The position numbers and the translations under genes were made by a program. A stretch of 58,629 bases of DNA from a virus (taxonomy: Duplodnaviria; Caudoviricetes), in the IMG/VR virus record IMGVR_UViG_3300017652_000001, positions 1 to 58,629 of that record; one strand, 5' to 3'. The notes below the pieces were generated by a model. That model searched no databases and was not told the origin of the DNA. It saw nothing but the letters and a program-made list of their open reading frames with translations. Positions 25,946 through 36,196 of this stretch are shown here, in pieces; positions within the stretch are counted from its first letter, which is position 1; every line of letters begins with the position of its first letter.

Positions 25946-27383
25946 GCGGCGCACATATTCGCGTTCGCTATCTGCTTTTGCCAAGGAATGCTGGCACGTT
26001 CTGGAGCCGGCCACCCAACTGAAATGGGGATGGCCTCTTGACGCTATATGTCAGCATCTCGAAGCCGTCACGAACGGAGAGATTACTCGGCTCCTGATGA
26101 ACGTCCCCCCAGGCTCGATGAAGAGCCTGCTGACAGGCGTCATATGGCCGGCATGGGAGTGGACGCGTTTCCCGCATCTTAGATATCTCGGCACATCACA
26201 TAAGCAGGAGCTTGCTGTCCGCGATAACATGAAATGCCGGCGTCTCATACAGTCGCGCTGGTATCAGGAGCGATGGCCGGTCGTCCTGACGGGCGACCAA
26301 AACGCCAAGACAAAGTTCGAGAACGCAAACACCGGCTTCCGCGAAGCGATGGCGTTCACGTCGATGACGGGCTCTCGTGGAAACCGGGTCATTCTGGATG
26401 ATCCGCTTTCGGCAGACGACGCTAACTCCGAAGCTGCTTTGAAATCGGCAGAAATTACATTTCGAGAATCTTTGCCAACCCGCGTGAACGATGAGAAATC
26501 GGCGATCGTGGTCATTATGCAGAGGCTTCACGAGAAGGATACCTCTGGCATTATCCTTACAGAAGGGCTTGATTACGTCCATCTGTGTCTGCCGATGGAA
26601 TTTGAGCCGGAGCGCAGATGTGAAACGCGCATCGGCTTTATTGACCCGCGGACGAAAGACGGTGAATTGCTCTTCTCTGAACGGTTCCCGCCGTCTCAGG
26701 TCACCGAGCTTAAGGTGACAATGGGTGCTTATGCCGTCGCCGGCCAGTTTCAGCAGCGCCCCGTTCCTCGTGAAGGCGGCATGTTCAAGCGTGAGTGGTT
26801 CGCAGGGAAAATCGTGAAGCATGCCCAACCGGGGACAGTCTGGGTTCGACATTGGGACTTGGCGGCGACGAGAAGTGCAACCGCAGCCCGCACGGCGGGT
26901 GTCAAACTCGGTAGGCAGCCCGACGATACATATGTCGTAGGGCACGTCGCCCTCACTCAGGACGAAGGACACGCTGTCAGGCAGCTCATCAGTTTCACTG
27001 CGGAAATGGATGGGGCCGGGGTCCGTATCAGCCTTCCGCAAGACCCCGGGCAGGCCGGCAAGGTGCAGGCTCAAGATTATGTCAAGATGCTGGCGGGCTA
27101 CCGCGTCACGGCTCAACCGGAGACGGGGGACAAAGTGACCAGAGCCGACCCGTTCGCCAGCCAGTGCCAAGCCGGGAACGTCTTCCTTATAGAGGGGGGC
27201 TGGAACGAGACTTATCTTGATGAGCTGTGCATGTTCCCGGGCGGCACATTCAAGGATCAGGTCGATGCTTCATCGGGTGCCTTCGGCAAATTGCTGGAGG
27301 CGCGTGAAAAGCCGGAAATTACGCTCCCTCGCGAGCGCCCGAAACTGAAACTCAACACTCCCGGCCAAAGCTGGATGGGGTAA
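25881..27383 (+). CDS. terL: Terminase large subunit
   Basis: NVPPGSMKS Walker A, ILDDP Walker B, QRLH..D, WDLA, DQVDA. Confidence 0.93.
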   Translation: MNSSKLIELSLPPLLEIEREIERRTYSRSLSAFAKECWHVLEPATQLKWGWPLDAICQHLEAVTNGEITRLLMNVPPGSMKSLLTGVIWPAWEWTRFPHLRYLGTSHKQELAVRDNMKCRRLIQSRWYQERWPVVLTGDQNAKTKFENANTGFREAMAFTSMTGSRGNRVILDDPLSADDANSEAALKSAEITFRESLPTRVNDEKSAIVVIMQRLHEKDTSGIILTEGLDYVHLCLPMEFEPERRCETRIGFIDPRTKDGELLFSERFPPSQVTELKVTMGAYAVAGQFQQRPVPREGGMFKREWFAGKIVKHAQPGTVWVRHWDLAATRSATAARTAGVKLGRQPDDTYVVGHVALTQDEGHAVRQLISFTAEMDGAGVRISLPQDPGQAGKVQAQDYVKMLAGYRVTAQPETGDKVTRADPFASQCQAGNVFLIEGGWNETYLDELCMFPGGTFKDQVDASSGAFGKLLEAREKPEITLPRERPKLKLNTPGQSWMG

Positions 27384-27386
27384 TTC

Positions 27387-29519
27387 ATGGCTTCCAAGAA
27401 AGATAAGGCTTCCGAAGATGAGAAAATCGTCACGGAAGCCAAGGAGCGCTTTACCCGCTGCGAGGAGTGGGAATCCGACAGCCGGCGGAAGTTCATCGAG
27501 GATCTGAAATTTGCTAATGGCGATCCGGATAACGGATGGCAGTGGGATGCGGCGATCACCACCAATCGCATCAATGACGGCAAGCCGTGCCTGACGATCA
27601 ACAAGACGCGGCAGCATAATCTCATCATCACCAACGACGCGAAGCAGAACAAGCCGGGCGTCAATATCAAGCCCGTTGGTGACGGCGCGAGCTATGATGC
27701 GGCCCAGGTCTTCGAAGGCGTCGTTCGGCATGTCGAATATCTGTCGAACGCAGAGCAGGCCTATGACACGGCCTCGATGTTTCAGGTGCAAGGCGGGATT
27801 GGTTATTGGCGCGTCGTCACCGATTACGTGAGCGATGACAGTTTTGATCAGGACATTTTCATCCGGCGGGTGAAAAACCCGATGTGCGTCTACCTCGACC
27901 CGGATATCACTCAGGTAGACGGCTCCGATGCTCGCTTCGGGTTCATCTTCGAAGATGTCGATGCTGATCAGTTCAAGAAGGAATACCCGGAAGAATCTGA
28001 ATATCTCGCTGATGCCAGCTTTGGTGTCGGTGGGTCATGGGCCGGCAGGGACAAGGTCCGTGTCTGCGAATATTACCGGATGGAGGACAGGAAGGATCGT
28101 TTGCTCGCCTTCGCTATTCCCGAAGGCTATGAGCGTGCCGGTGATCAAATCGTTGTCCGCGAAAGCCAGATGACGGATGATCAGAAAGCCGTCTACGAAC
28201 TGGTCAAGGATGTAGAGGGTGCCGTTGTCTCGCGCGACATCATCACCGATGAGATCATGTGGTACAAGATCGCCGGCAATCGGGTGATCGATAGCCGCCC
28301 ATGGCCGGGGAAGTACATCCCGATCGTCCGTATAGTAGGCGAAGAGACGATCATCGAGGGCAAGCTTGACCGCAAGGGGCATACCCGAGCGATGAAAGAC
28401 GCCCAACGGATGTATAACTATTGGGCATCGGAGGCGACTGCCCAGGTGGCGTTGCAGACGAAGACGCCGTATGTGGCGCCCGCTGAAGCTATCGAAGGCT
28501 TCGAAGAATATTGGCAGAAGGCCAATACCTCGAATACCGCCGTGCTTCCCTGGAATAACTGGACCGAAGACGGGAAGGAAGTCACGCGCCCACTACGGGA
28601 ACAGCCGCCACAGATGGCTGCTGCCTACATGCAAGGAATGCATATCTGCGAAAACCAGATGATGATGTCCTCCGGACAATATCAATCGCAGTTCGGCGAG
28701 AATGAGAATGCCACATCGGGCAAGGCTATCAACGAACGGCAGCGCCAAGGCGACACGGCCACGTATCACTTCATCGACGGGCTTTCGGTCGGCATTCGGT
28801 TCACTGGCATGATCCTGATCGATCTCATCCCGAAGATCTACGACACGGAACGGGTGATCCGCATCCTCGCCAAGGACGGCACCGAAAGCCATGTGCAGGT
28901 CAATCCGAAGGCGGAAGCGGCGTATCAATCGGCTGGCACGATGCCATCGGACGAACAACACGACGATGTTTCCCGCACCGTCGTGGCGATATTCAACCCG
29001 AACGTCGGGCGCTACGAGGTCGAGAGCGATATAGGGCCGGGCTATGCCACGCGTCGCCAGGAAGCGTTCAACGCCATGACGCAGATCGCGGCGCAGAACG
29101 AGAACTTTATGCAGGTTGCGGGGGACTTGTTGTGGAAATCTGCGGATTTCCCGCTTGCCGATGAATTGGCCGAGCGCTGGTCCCGTATCATCCCGAAGAA
29201 CATCACGGGTGAGGCACCGGCACCGGAAGTTCAGCAGATGCAGCAGACAATCGAGCAACTGCAGAACACGATCGTCGAGCTCAACAAGAAGCTGACCGAC
29301 AAAGATGGTGACCTGAACGTCAAGGAATACGATGCAACGACGCGCCGTATCTCTGCAATTGGCAATTCTGGTCCCGCCATTACGCCGGAGCAGATCGCGC
29401 CGGTATTCCATCAGCTTCTCATGCAGATGCTCTCCAACGGCTCGCCTGAGCAACCACAGGCCGGATTTGAGCAGGCGCCGGAGCCGCGCCCGATGATGCC
29501 GCAGCAAGGGATGATGTGA
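27387..29519 (+). CDS. Portal protein (P22 gp1-like)
   Basis: 710 aa; PCLTINK, KDAQRMYNY, SGKAINERQRQG. Confidence 0.9.
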   Translation: MASKKDKASEDEKIVTEAKERFTRCEEWESDSRRKFIEDLKFANGDPDNGWQWDAAITTNRINDGKPCLTINKTRQHNLIITNDAKQNKPGVNIKPVGDGASYDAAQVFEGVVRHVEYLSNAEQAYDTASMFQVQGGIGYWRVVTDYVSDDSFDQDIFIRRVKNPMCVYLDPDITQVDGSDARFGFIFEDVDADQFKKEYPEESEYLADASFGVGGSWAGRDKVRVCEYYRMEDRKDRLLAFAIPEGYERAGDQIVVRESQMTDDQKAVYELVKDVEGAVVSRDIITDEIMWYKIAGNRVIDSRPWPGKYIPIVRIVGEETIIEGKLDRKGHTRAMKDAQRMYNYWASEATAQVALQTKTPYVAPAEAIEGFEEYWQKANTSNTAVLPWNNWTEDGKEVTRPLREQPPQMAAAYMQGMHICENQMMMSSGQYQSQFGENENATSGKAINERQRQGDTATYHFIDGLSVGIRFTGMILIDLIPKIYDTERVIRILAKDGTESHVQVNPKAEAAYQSAGTMPSDEQHDDVSRTVVAIFNPNVGRYEVESDIGPGYATRRQEAFNAMTQIAAQNENFMQVAGDLLWKSADFPLADELAERWSRIIPKNITGEAPAPEVQQMQQTIEQLQNTIVELNKKLTDKDGDLNVKEYDATTRRISAIGNSGPAITPEQIAPVFHQLLMQMLSNGSPEQPQAGFEQAPEPRPMMPQQGMM

Positions 29520-29824
29520 TGCTCTTGAATATCCGCACCGGAGAGGTCCCGGAACTCGTAAAGAAGACCGCACAGGAAGTCGCAGGCGCATTCTACGACA
29601 TGAACCGCTCCGAACGGTTCCGTCAGTATGCCGGCACTCAGGACGCATTTGTGGCTGCGGCGTGGAAGGATCACATTCAGACCGCAGTCGATCTCCTTGC
29701 CCAACTGCTCGCGATGCCTGGCACTTCAGACCATGAGCGAGAAGCCATCTATGACGCGCTGACCGAGTTCTCAGGGCGCAGCACCGAACGCACTCCAAGT
29801 CTTTCCATGAGGAGCCTGCAATGA
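29516..29824 (+). CDS. Hypothetical protein
   Basis: Coupled to the portal gene. Confidence 0.7.
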   Translation: MMLLNIRTGEVPELVKKTAQEVAGAFYDMNRSERFRQYAGTQDAFVAAAWKDHIQTAVDLLAQLLAMPGTSDHEREAIYDALTEFSGRSTERTPSLSMRSLQ

Positions 29825-30033
29825 CCTCGCACAAGTCAAAATCCAAGCCGCAAGTCACCTCATCGATCGACACGATGCGTGCCGATGAGAAGCGTTGGCG
29901 CACCGAAGATGCGATGCGGACGCTCATGCGTGCAGATGATCTGAAAAAGGACAAAGCCCTTATGCGCGATGTTCAGAAGATGGCCGCCGAGCAGGCCAAG
30001 AAGATGAACGGTCTTTGCGGAAAGGCGAAATAA
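29821..30033 (+). CDS. Hypothetical protein
   Basis: GAGGAG RBS; WRTEDAMRTLMRA. Confidence 0.7.
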   Translation: MTSHKSKSKPQVTSSIDTMRADEKRWRTEDAMRTLMRADDLKKDKALMRDVQKMAAEQAKKMNGLCGKAK

Positions 30034-30360
30034 ATGGCAACCGTCGCTGTCACTCTCTCCGCCGTCAGTAATCGGGCAAATAGCGGCCTGAATGCCGTCA
30101 TGCCGGCCCTTGATGCGTCGGCTTATGGTTCCGATGACCTCACATCGAGCGGAACATCTCAACAGGTTGATAGCGTCGTGTGTCCAGGGGATGGGCGGCA
30201 ATATTTCTGGACAGTAACCGCAGCCGGCGGCAATGTCTGGGTGACATTCGGCGTCAACCCGACCGCAGCGGCTGGGACGACATGGCTCGTCATTGATGGA
30301 ACCACACGAGATTTCGCCGCCGAAGCTGGCCAGATGGCCGCAGTGATCGACGCCGCCTGA
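30034..30360 (+). CDS. Probable small virion protein
   Basis: Beta-rich, VWVTFGVNPTA motif. Confidence 0.65.
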   Translation: MATVAVTLSAVSNRANSGLNAVMPALDASAYGSDDLTSSGTSQQVDSVVCPGDGRQYFWTVTAAGGNVWVTFGVNPTAAAGTTWLVIDGTTRDFAAEAGQMAAVIDAA

Positions 30361-30501
30361 TGTTTGCTGGCCTCAATATCATCCGCGCCCTCGCATCCCA
30401 GCGCCGCAATCCACAACCGAAGGACAATGGCTTGGAAGACGTTCAGCGCCTCGCCTACGATCCTGAGCAGTGGCCCCATTGCATGGAGGCCGCAGTCAGT
30501 T

Positions 30502-30548
30502 CCCGACACGGCGGGTAACCGTGGCACCGTACCTGTGCGGAACATAGG
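30502..30548 (+). promoter_or_regulatory. Tandem compact H-type pseudoknots before the scaffold gene
   Basis: CCCG/CGGG with CACGG/CCGTG; CCG/CGG with CCTGTG/CATAGG. Confidence 0.55.
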
Positions 30549-30568
30549 GCTTCAAGACATGGTGACAC

Positions 30569-31420
30569 ATGGCAAATGAACTTGCGGGGACGCAGCCCCT
30601 GCCGGAAGGCGATACTGCGGCAAATCCGGGAAACAGCAATGCACCGGAGCAGGCGAATAACGAACAGCATTCTGACGCCGGACTTGGTAACGAGGCCGAA
30701 GAAATCGAAGGATCGGCCGAAGGAGGCGAGGGCGAAGCCGGAACCGAAGGGGCCGGCGAAGAAGATACCCAGGAACAGCCGAAGCCCAAGAAAAGGCTGA
30801 CCTGGGAAATGAAGCGAATCCACGAGGAGACGAACAAGCGGCGAGAAGCAGAACGCGAGCTTGAACGGATTCGCGAGGAAAATGAGCGTCTTCGTGCTGG
30901 AGGATCGGAACAGCAGCGTGGCAATGATCAGCCGGACGACGACACCCGCGTCAACCAACGCGCACAACAGATCGTCCAGCAGCGTGAATATGAGGCGCGT
31001 GTGCGCTCGTGGGCCGACGCCGGGGTGAAGGATTTCGGTGCGGACGACTTCAACGCATCGTGCAACCTCATCGCCGGCTTCATGGATGACCGCCAGCAGC
31101 ACCAATTCATGGCCATCCTGACCGACCCCGATATCGTCGAGGACGGCCACAAGGTCATCATGGCACTCGCTGATAATCCGGAGGAAGCCGAGCGCATCCT
31201 TGGGCTCTCACCGGTCAAGCAGGCTCTTGCACTGTCGAAGATATCGGCGAAGGCCAATAAGCCGAATACGCCGGCGCCAAAACCCATCTCCAAGGCTCCC
31301 GCGCCTGTAACGCCTATCGGCGGGAAGACACAGGCTGCAACTCGGCTCGACGATCCCGAAGTCCCGATGGACAAGTTTGCGGACGAGTTTCTAAAAACGA
31401 TGGCCAACCGCGGCCGATAA
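30569..31420 (+). CDS. Scaffolding protein
   Basis: Acidic N-terminus, coiled coil, SKAPAPVTPIGG; between portal and coat. Confidence 0.85.
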   Translation: MANELAGTQPLPEGDTAANPGNSNAPEQANNEQHSDAGLGNEAEEIEGSAEGGEGEAGTEGAGEEDTQEQPKPKKRLTWEMKRIHEETNKRREAERELERIREENERLRAGGSEQQRGNDQPDDDTRVNQRAQQIVQQREYEARVRSWADAGVKDFGADDFNASCNLIAGFMDDRQQHQFMAILTDPDIVEDGHKVIMALADNPEEAERILGLSPVKQALALSKISAKANKPNTPAPKPISKAPAPVTPIGGKTQAATRLDDPEVPMDKFADEFLKTMANRGR

Positions 31421-31429
31421 CCAGATCTA

Positions 31430-31670
31430 CGGCAACCCCATCAGGCGCGGGATTGCCGCTTACCTCGCTGCACCTGACTTCGCCAGCACAGCGCCGGAGA
31501 CCAAACCGCGCCGTGCAAACTGACCGGACTTGAACGGTAAACCTCAAGGCTCCTTCGGCAACTGGTCCGATATCCAGGCATCCGCCCAGCTCCTTAATCG
31601 CGGTCACGGGCTCCGCAAGCACCTCGCAGTGAAAGGCTGCGATCCATCCCCCTTTTGCTCAAAGGAGCCC
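31430..31670 (+). promoter_or_regulatory. Structured coat-gene leader (pseudoknots and anti-SD)
   Basis: ACCG/CGGT with CTTGA/TCAAG; TCGG/CCGA with CTGG/CCAG; GGGCTCC 31608-31614 complements GGAGCCC 31664-31670. Confidence 0.5.
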
Positions 31671-31674
31671 AACT

Positions 31675-32892
31675 ATGTCGAATACGATCCTCACGATCGA
31701 CATGATCACCCGCGCCGCTGTTTCGCTCTTCAAGAACAGCAACATGTTCATCAAGAACATCAACACGCAGTACGATAGCCAGTTTGCCGTCGATGGCGCG
31801 AAGATCGGCGACACGCTGCGCATCCGCCTCCCGAATGACTTCGTCGTCCGTACCGGCACGGCATTGTCCGCTCAGGACACTTCGGAAAAATACACCTCCC
31901 TGCCGCTCCAGACCCAGAAGGGTGTTGACGTGGCCTTCAGCTCTGCGGAACGCACCCTGAAGCTGGATGACTATTCCGAGCGCGTCCTTATGCCGATGAT
32001 GAATAACCTGGCTGGCGGTATTGCCTCAGACATCATGTCTGGCGTCGAAACCGGCGTCTGCAACTTCGTCTCCAACGTCGATGGTTCGGGCAATATCATC
32101 AACCCGACTTCCGATACGGTTCTGTCGGCAGGCGCCTATCTCTCCGACAACTCTGCCCCGACATCGCCGGGTTGGAAGACCGTCCTCGACCCGTGGACCG
32201 AAGCCAAACTGGTGAACAGCCTCTCCGGCCTGTTCAACCCGACGCCGGAGATTTCGGCTCAGTACCGCACCGGGAAGATCAAGAACGCCCTTGGCTTCGA
32301 CTTCTTCATGGACCAGACCGTCATCAAGCATGTCACCGGCTCCTTCTCTGCCGGCGGCGCGATGTCGAGTGCTGGTCAGACTGGCGGCTCGATCACCGTC
32401 TCGGCGATCACCGGCACGTTGAAGAAGGGAGACATCATCACGATCGATGGCGTTTATGCCGTCAACCGTGTGACGAAGCTCACCACTGGCAAGCTGCGTC
32501 AGTTCGTCGTCCTGGCAGATGTCGCAGACGGGGGCACCACGATCAGCGTTTATCCGGAGCTCGTTCCTCCGGTGAACGGCAATGCGGTCCAGTACCAGAC
32601 CGTCGATTCCTCTCCGGCCAATGCGGCTCAGGTTCGTCTCGTCAACAAGCCGAGCGAAATCTACCGCAAGAACGTCTCCTACGCGCCGGAAGCGATTACC
32701 CTGGCAACTGCCGACCTCGTGCTGCCGAAGGGGGTCCACGAAGCCGCACGTCGCGAATATGACGGCATCTCGATCCGCATGATCACCGACTACGTTATCG
32801 GCACGGACCAGCTCGCGACCCGTCTCGATGTGATCTACGGCTACAAGTTCATCCGTCCTGAATGGACCGTGGCTACCGCCGACAAGATCTGA
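31675..32892 (+). CDS. Major capsid protein (P22 gp5 family)
   Basis: MSNTILTIDMITR..AKIGDTLRIRLP...RLDVIYG..RPEW. Confidence 0.93.
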   Translation: MSNTILTIDMITRAAVSLFKNSNMFIKNINTQYDSQFAVDGAKIGDTLRIRLPNDFVVRTGTALSAQDTSEKYTSLPLQTQKGVDVAFSSAERTLKLDDYSERVLMPMMNNLAGGIASDIMSGVETGVCNFVSNVDGSGNIINPTSDTVLSAGAYLSDNSAPTSPGWKTVLDPWTEAKLVNSLSGLFNPTPEISAQYRTGKIKNALGFDFFMDQTVIKHVTGSFSAGGAMSSAGQTGGSITVSAITGTLKKGDIITIDGVYAVNRVTKLTTGKLRQFVVLADVADGGTTISVYPELVPPVNGNAVQYQTVDSSPANAAQVRLVNKPSEIYRKNVSYAPEAITLATADLVLPKGVHEAARREYDGISIRMITDYVIGTDQLATRLDVIYGYKFIRPEWTVATADKI

Positions 32893-32900
32893 CCCTGATC

Positions 32901-32928
32901 GGGGCGGCTTCGGCTGCCCCTTTCTCTT
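32901..32928 (+). terminator. Terminator after the coat gene
   Basis: GGGGCGGC-TTCG-GCTGCCCC followed by TTTCTCTT. Confidence 0.85.
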
Positions 32929-32947
32929 CCGTGGAAAGGAACCTCCA

Positions 32948-33181
32948 ATGGAATACCCGAAGGCCATCTATCATCCCAAGGATGATAAGCGGTACCAGAT
33001 CGCCAACAGTGCGGAACAGGAAGAGCAAATCCTTGAGGCTTGGGGCGTGAAGTCCGCACCGAAGATCGTTCTTTCTGCGGCGGCACCGTCTGTCGCGCCG
33101 GTTGCTCCTGTTGAACCAAACCGGGCACCCAAGCCGAAGGTCGCGCGAGGGCGCAAGCCGAAGGCTGTTGAGGCCAAGTAA
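32948..33181 (+). CDS. Hypothetical protein
   Basis: EYPK.IY...EQEE..L..WG motif typical of genes after the coat gene. Confidence 0.7.
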   Translation: MEYPKAIYHPKDDKRYQIANSAEQEEQILEAWGVKSAPKIVLSAAAPSVAPVAPVEPNRAPKPKVARGRKPKAVEAK

Positions 33182-33906
33182 TGACCACGGCGCGCGCACT
33201 GATCACATTGGCGATGAAGGATGCCGGGGTGCTTGGAGTTGGGCAGACGCCTCTTGCCGAAGATATGAATGACGCGCTCACCAATCTCAACGCCATGATG
33301 GCTCAATGGGCGCGTCGCCGCTGGCTGGTCTACAGTCTTCAGGACGTGGCGTTCCAGGCGACCGGGGCAATATCGTATTCTCTCGGGGCAGCCGGCGACA
33401 TCGATATCCCGCGAGTGGATTCTATCGCATCGGCTTATTTCCGGCAGACCGTCGGTGCGCCCGGTAACATGGTCGATTACCCTCTGACCATTCTCAACGC
33501 GCGTGAGGATTATAACAACATCGCCCTTAAGGGGATGTCATCGTTCCCGAGCGTGCTGTTCTATGATTCTGGGTGGCCTTTAGGGCAGCTCTTCATTTGG
33601 CCCGTGCCGAGTGAAATCTATGAAATCCATATCTCGGTAAAAACGCCGCTCCAGAACTTCGCCACACTCAATGACGAGGTTTCGTTGCCGCCGGAGTACG
33701 AAGAGGCGCTCCGGCTAAATCTCGCTGTGCGCCTCCGTGTGTCGTACCGCCTTCCGTTCGATCCGCAATTGAATGGATTGGCGAAGATAGCGACGAACAC
33801 GGTCAAGAACAGCAACACGCAAATCCCGCTGATGCAGTTCCCATCTGACCTACCGCGCAACGTTGGCGGCCGTTACAACATCTTTTCAGATCGCAATGGT
33901 GGCTGA
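33181..33906 (+). CDS. Head-tail adaptor (P22 gp4-like)
   Basis: LIT.A.KDAGV...DAL..LN.MMAQW...LPPEYEEAL..NLAVRL. Confidence 0.8.
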   Translation: MTTARALITLAMKDAGVLGVGQTPLAEDMNDALTNLNAMMAQWARRRWLVYSLQDVAFQATGAISYSLGAAGDIDIPRVDSIASAYFRQTVGAPGNMVDYPLTILNAREDYNNIALKGMSSFPSVLFYDSGWPLGQLFIWPVPSEIYEIHISVKTPLQNFATLNDEVSLPPEYEEALRLNLAVRLRVSYRLPFDPQLNGLAKIATNTVKNSNTQIPLMQFPSDLPRNVGGRYNIFSDRNGG

Positions 33907-35864
33907 TGGCTCGGCTTTCTCTTCTCGGTGGTGCCTACCAGGCGCGTAGCCTGATTGCATCTGCCCAGCGATGCGTCAATCTGTATCCTGAGAAAAATCC
34001 GAAGGAATCTTCGCCTCCTGTCCCTGTTACGCATTACCTGACGCCGGGGTTGCGCAAGGTGTCTCAATCTCCGACCGTGGGGCGCGTCAGGGCAATGTAT
34101 CGCGCGACAAACGGTGACCTCTATCTCGTCGTCAACACGGTCGTTTATTTCGTCGCAAACGATTATTCGTGGGATGCGCTGGGGAGCGTGCCGCCGGGTC
34201 CGACCCCGTTGTCTTTTTCGGACAATGGATTGGTGATTGTCCTCGTGGATGGCGCGCTCGGTTATGCGATCGACATGGAAACGCGGGATTTCGGGGCAAT
34301 CACGGACCCTAATTTCTACGGCGCGGTGAAGGTCGATTATCTCGATACCTATTTCATCCTCAACCGGCCTGATACGACACAATTCTATATCTCGCTCTCG
34401 AATGCAACGTTCGACATGCTCACGGGGACCGTGGGCGGCGTGTATGAAGGAGCAATCGTCACCGGCGGTTCCGGCTATACGAATGGTTCATTCACCGCTG
34501 TTCCGCTTTCTGGCGGGGAGGGGACCGGCATCACTGTCGATTTGACTATTGCCGGCGGGACTGTCACCGTGGCATCGATCAACGGTGAGGGAAGCGGATA
34601 TCAGAACGGCGATATTCTCTCCACTTCATCGACGGCAATCGGTAGTGGCGGCGTTACGACCGGCTCAATCACCAATGCAGGTTCGGCCTACACTGACGGG
34701 ACTTATACCAACGTTTCCTTGACTGGCGGGGCCGGCACAGGCGCGCAGGCGACCGTCATTGTCTCGGGCGGCGAGGTTACGACAGTTACGATCATGGCCA
34801 AGGGCAATAGCTATGCGGCGACAAACGTCCTCTCCGCAAGCGCGGCCAGCATCGGCGGGACCGGTTCAGGGTTTCAATATACCGTCTCTGCCGTCGCCTC
34901 CGGGTTCAGCTATCGGGTTGATCAAGTGCACGGCGCAGCGTTCGACCCGCTCGATATCGCCGGCAAAACCGGGTCGGCAGACAATATCGTCACGCTCGCA
35001 GCGATCCATGGCGAATTATGGCTCATCGGCGAGCTGACATCGGAAATATGGGCCAACACCGGGGCGGCCGACTTCACGTTCGGCCGCATCCAGGGCGCGT
35101 TCGTAGACCACGGATGTGCAGCCCCTTATTCCCTGGCGAAGCAAGACGTTTTTCTGTTCTGGCTGACGCAGGATCGCGAGGGGAACGCTGTCATCGTCAA
35201 GTCTGCTGGTTATGGTGTTCAACGGATATCGACCCACGCTATCGAGCAGGACATTCAGACATACGCGATAATCGAAGATGCTATCGGATACTGCCATCAG
35301 AACGAGGGTCACGCCTTTTACGTTCTGACATTCCCGTCCGCCAACAAGACATGGGTTTACGAGCTATCGACCGGCCAATGGCATGAGCGGGGTTCGGTCG
35401 ATAGTAACGGCGTGATCATCCGTCATCGAGCGAATGCCTTCGCATTTGCCTATGGAAAGGGACACGTCGGGGACTTTCAGAACGGGGCTCTCTACGTCTA
35501 CGATCAGAATTTCTACTTGGACGGAGATCAGCCGATCCCGCGCATCCGGACGTTCCCGCATGTCGTCGGAAATGGCAATCGTATCGAGTTCACGGTCTTC
35601 ACCGCGGATATCGAAGTCGGGCAGACCGGAGGCATCCCCGCCGCCGACCCCCCGATGATATCGCTTCGGTGGAGCAACGACCGCGGGGCCACGTTCGGAA
35701 ACCCTGTGATGCAACCGATGGGCGCGACAGGGCAATATCTCGTCTCGCCGCAATGGCGCCGGCTCGGCATGGCCCGTGACCGGGTTTTTGAACTCTCGTG
35801 GTCGGCACCGGTCAAGACCAGCCTCAACGGTGCATGGATCGGAAACGAGGGGGCTGAAACGTGA
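33906..35864 (+). CDS. Tail hub/DNA stabilization protein (P22 gp10-like) with inserted repeats
   Basis: CVNLYPE, TPGL, RISTHAIE, GHAFYVL.FP..TWVY, WRRLGMARDRVF. Confidence 0.85.
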   Translation: MARLSLLGGAYQARSLIASAQRCVNLYPEKNPKESSPPVPVTHYLTPGLRKVSQSPTVGRVRAMYRATNGDLYLVVNTVVYFVANDYSWDALGSVPPGPTPLSFSDNGLVIVLVDGALGYAIDMETRDFGAITDPNFYGAVKVDYLDTYFILNRPDTTQFYISLSNATFDMLTGTVGGVYEGAIVTGGSGYTNGSFTAVPLSGGEGTGITVDLTIAGGTVTVASINGEGSGYQNGDILSTSSTAIGSGGVTTGSITNAGSAYTDGTYTNVSLTGGAGTGAQATVIVSGGEVTTVTIMAKGNSYAATNVLSASAASIGGTGSGFQYTVSAVASGFSYRVDQVHGAAFDPLDIAGKTGSADNIVTLAAIHGELWLIGELTSEIWANTGAADFTFGRIQGAFVDHGCAAPYSLAKQDVFLFWLTQDREGNAVIVKSAGYGVQRISTHAIEQDIQTYAIIEDAIGYCHQNEGHAFYVLTFPSANKTWVYELSTGQWHERGSVDSNGVIIRHRANAFAFAYGKGHVGDFQNGALYVYDQNFYLDGDQPIPRIRTFPHVVGNGNRIEFTVFTADIEVGQTGGIPAADPPMISLRWSNDRGATFGNPVMQPMGATGQYLVSPQWRRLGMARDRVFELSWSAPVKTSLNGAWIGNEGAET

Positions 35865-36190
35865 CCACGCCGATCGTTCCATCTTCCTTTCAGCCGATAT
35901 CCGGCGGCGGTGGTATCGTCACCACAGTATGGCAACGGTTCTTCAATGCGCTGGTGGCGCCGCCGAGCGCCGTCGAGGCCGTGCAGGTATCTGGCAGCCC
36001 CGTGACCTACAAAGCCGCTCAACGGGGCACTCTGGCTGTTACCGGTGGGACCGTGACCAGCATTTCATTCTCAAGGGCGCGCGCCACCATCGATATCCCC
36101 GGAGGCGCACCGCTGATCCCAATGGCGAACGACGATGAGGTGATAATCACCTATTCCGTCGCGCCAACCATCTCATTCGTCCCCATGTGA
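35861..36190 (+). CDS. Small tail-associated protein
   Basis: WQRFFNAL followed by a beta-rich domain. Confidence 0.65.
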   Translation: MTTPIVPSSFQPISGGGGIVTTVWQRFFNALVAPPSAVEAVQVSGSPVTYKAAQRGTLAVTGGTVTSISFSRARATIDIPGGAPLIPMANDDEVIITYSVAPTISFVPM

Positions 36191-36196
36191 GGTTTC

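Noticed and set aside
28593-29954. 453-aa minus-strand ORF (similarly 24325-25263, 26196-27170, 32026-32967, 37824-38645)
   Set aside because: Shadows of well-supported late genes in GC-rich DNA
30360-30518. 52-aa ORF before the scaffold gene
   Set aside because: TGATG coupling is present but there are no motifs and it overlaps the pseudoknot; insufficient support
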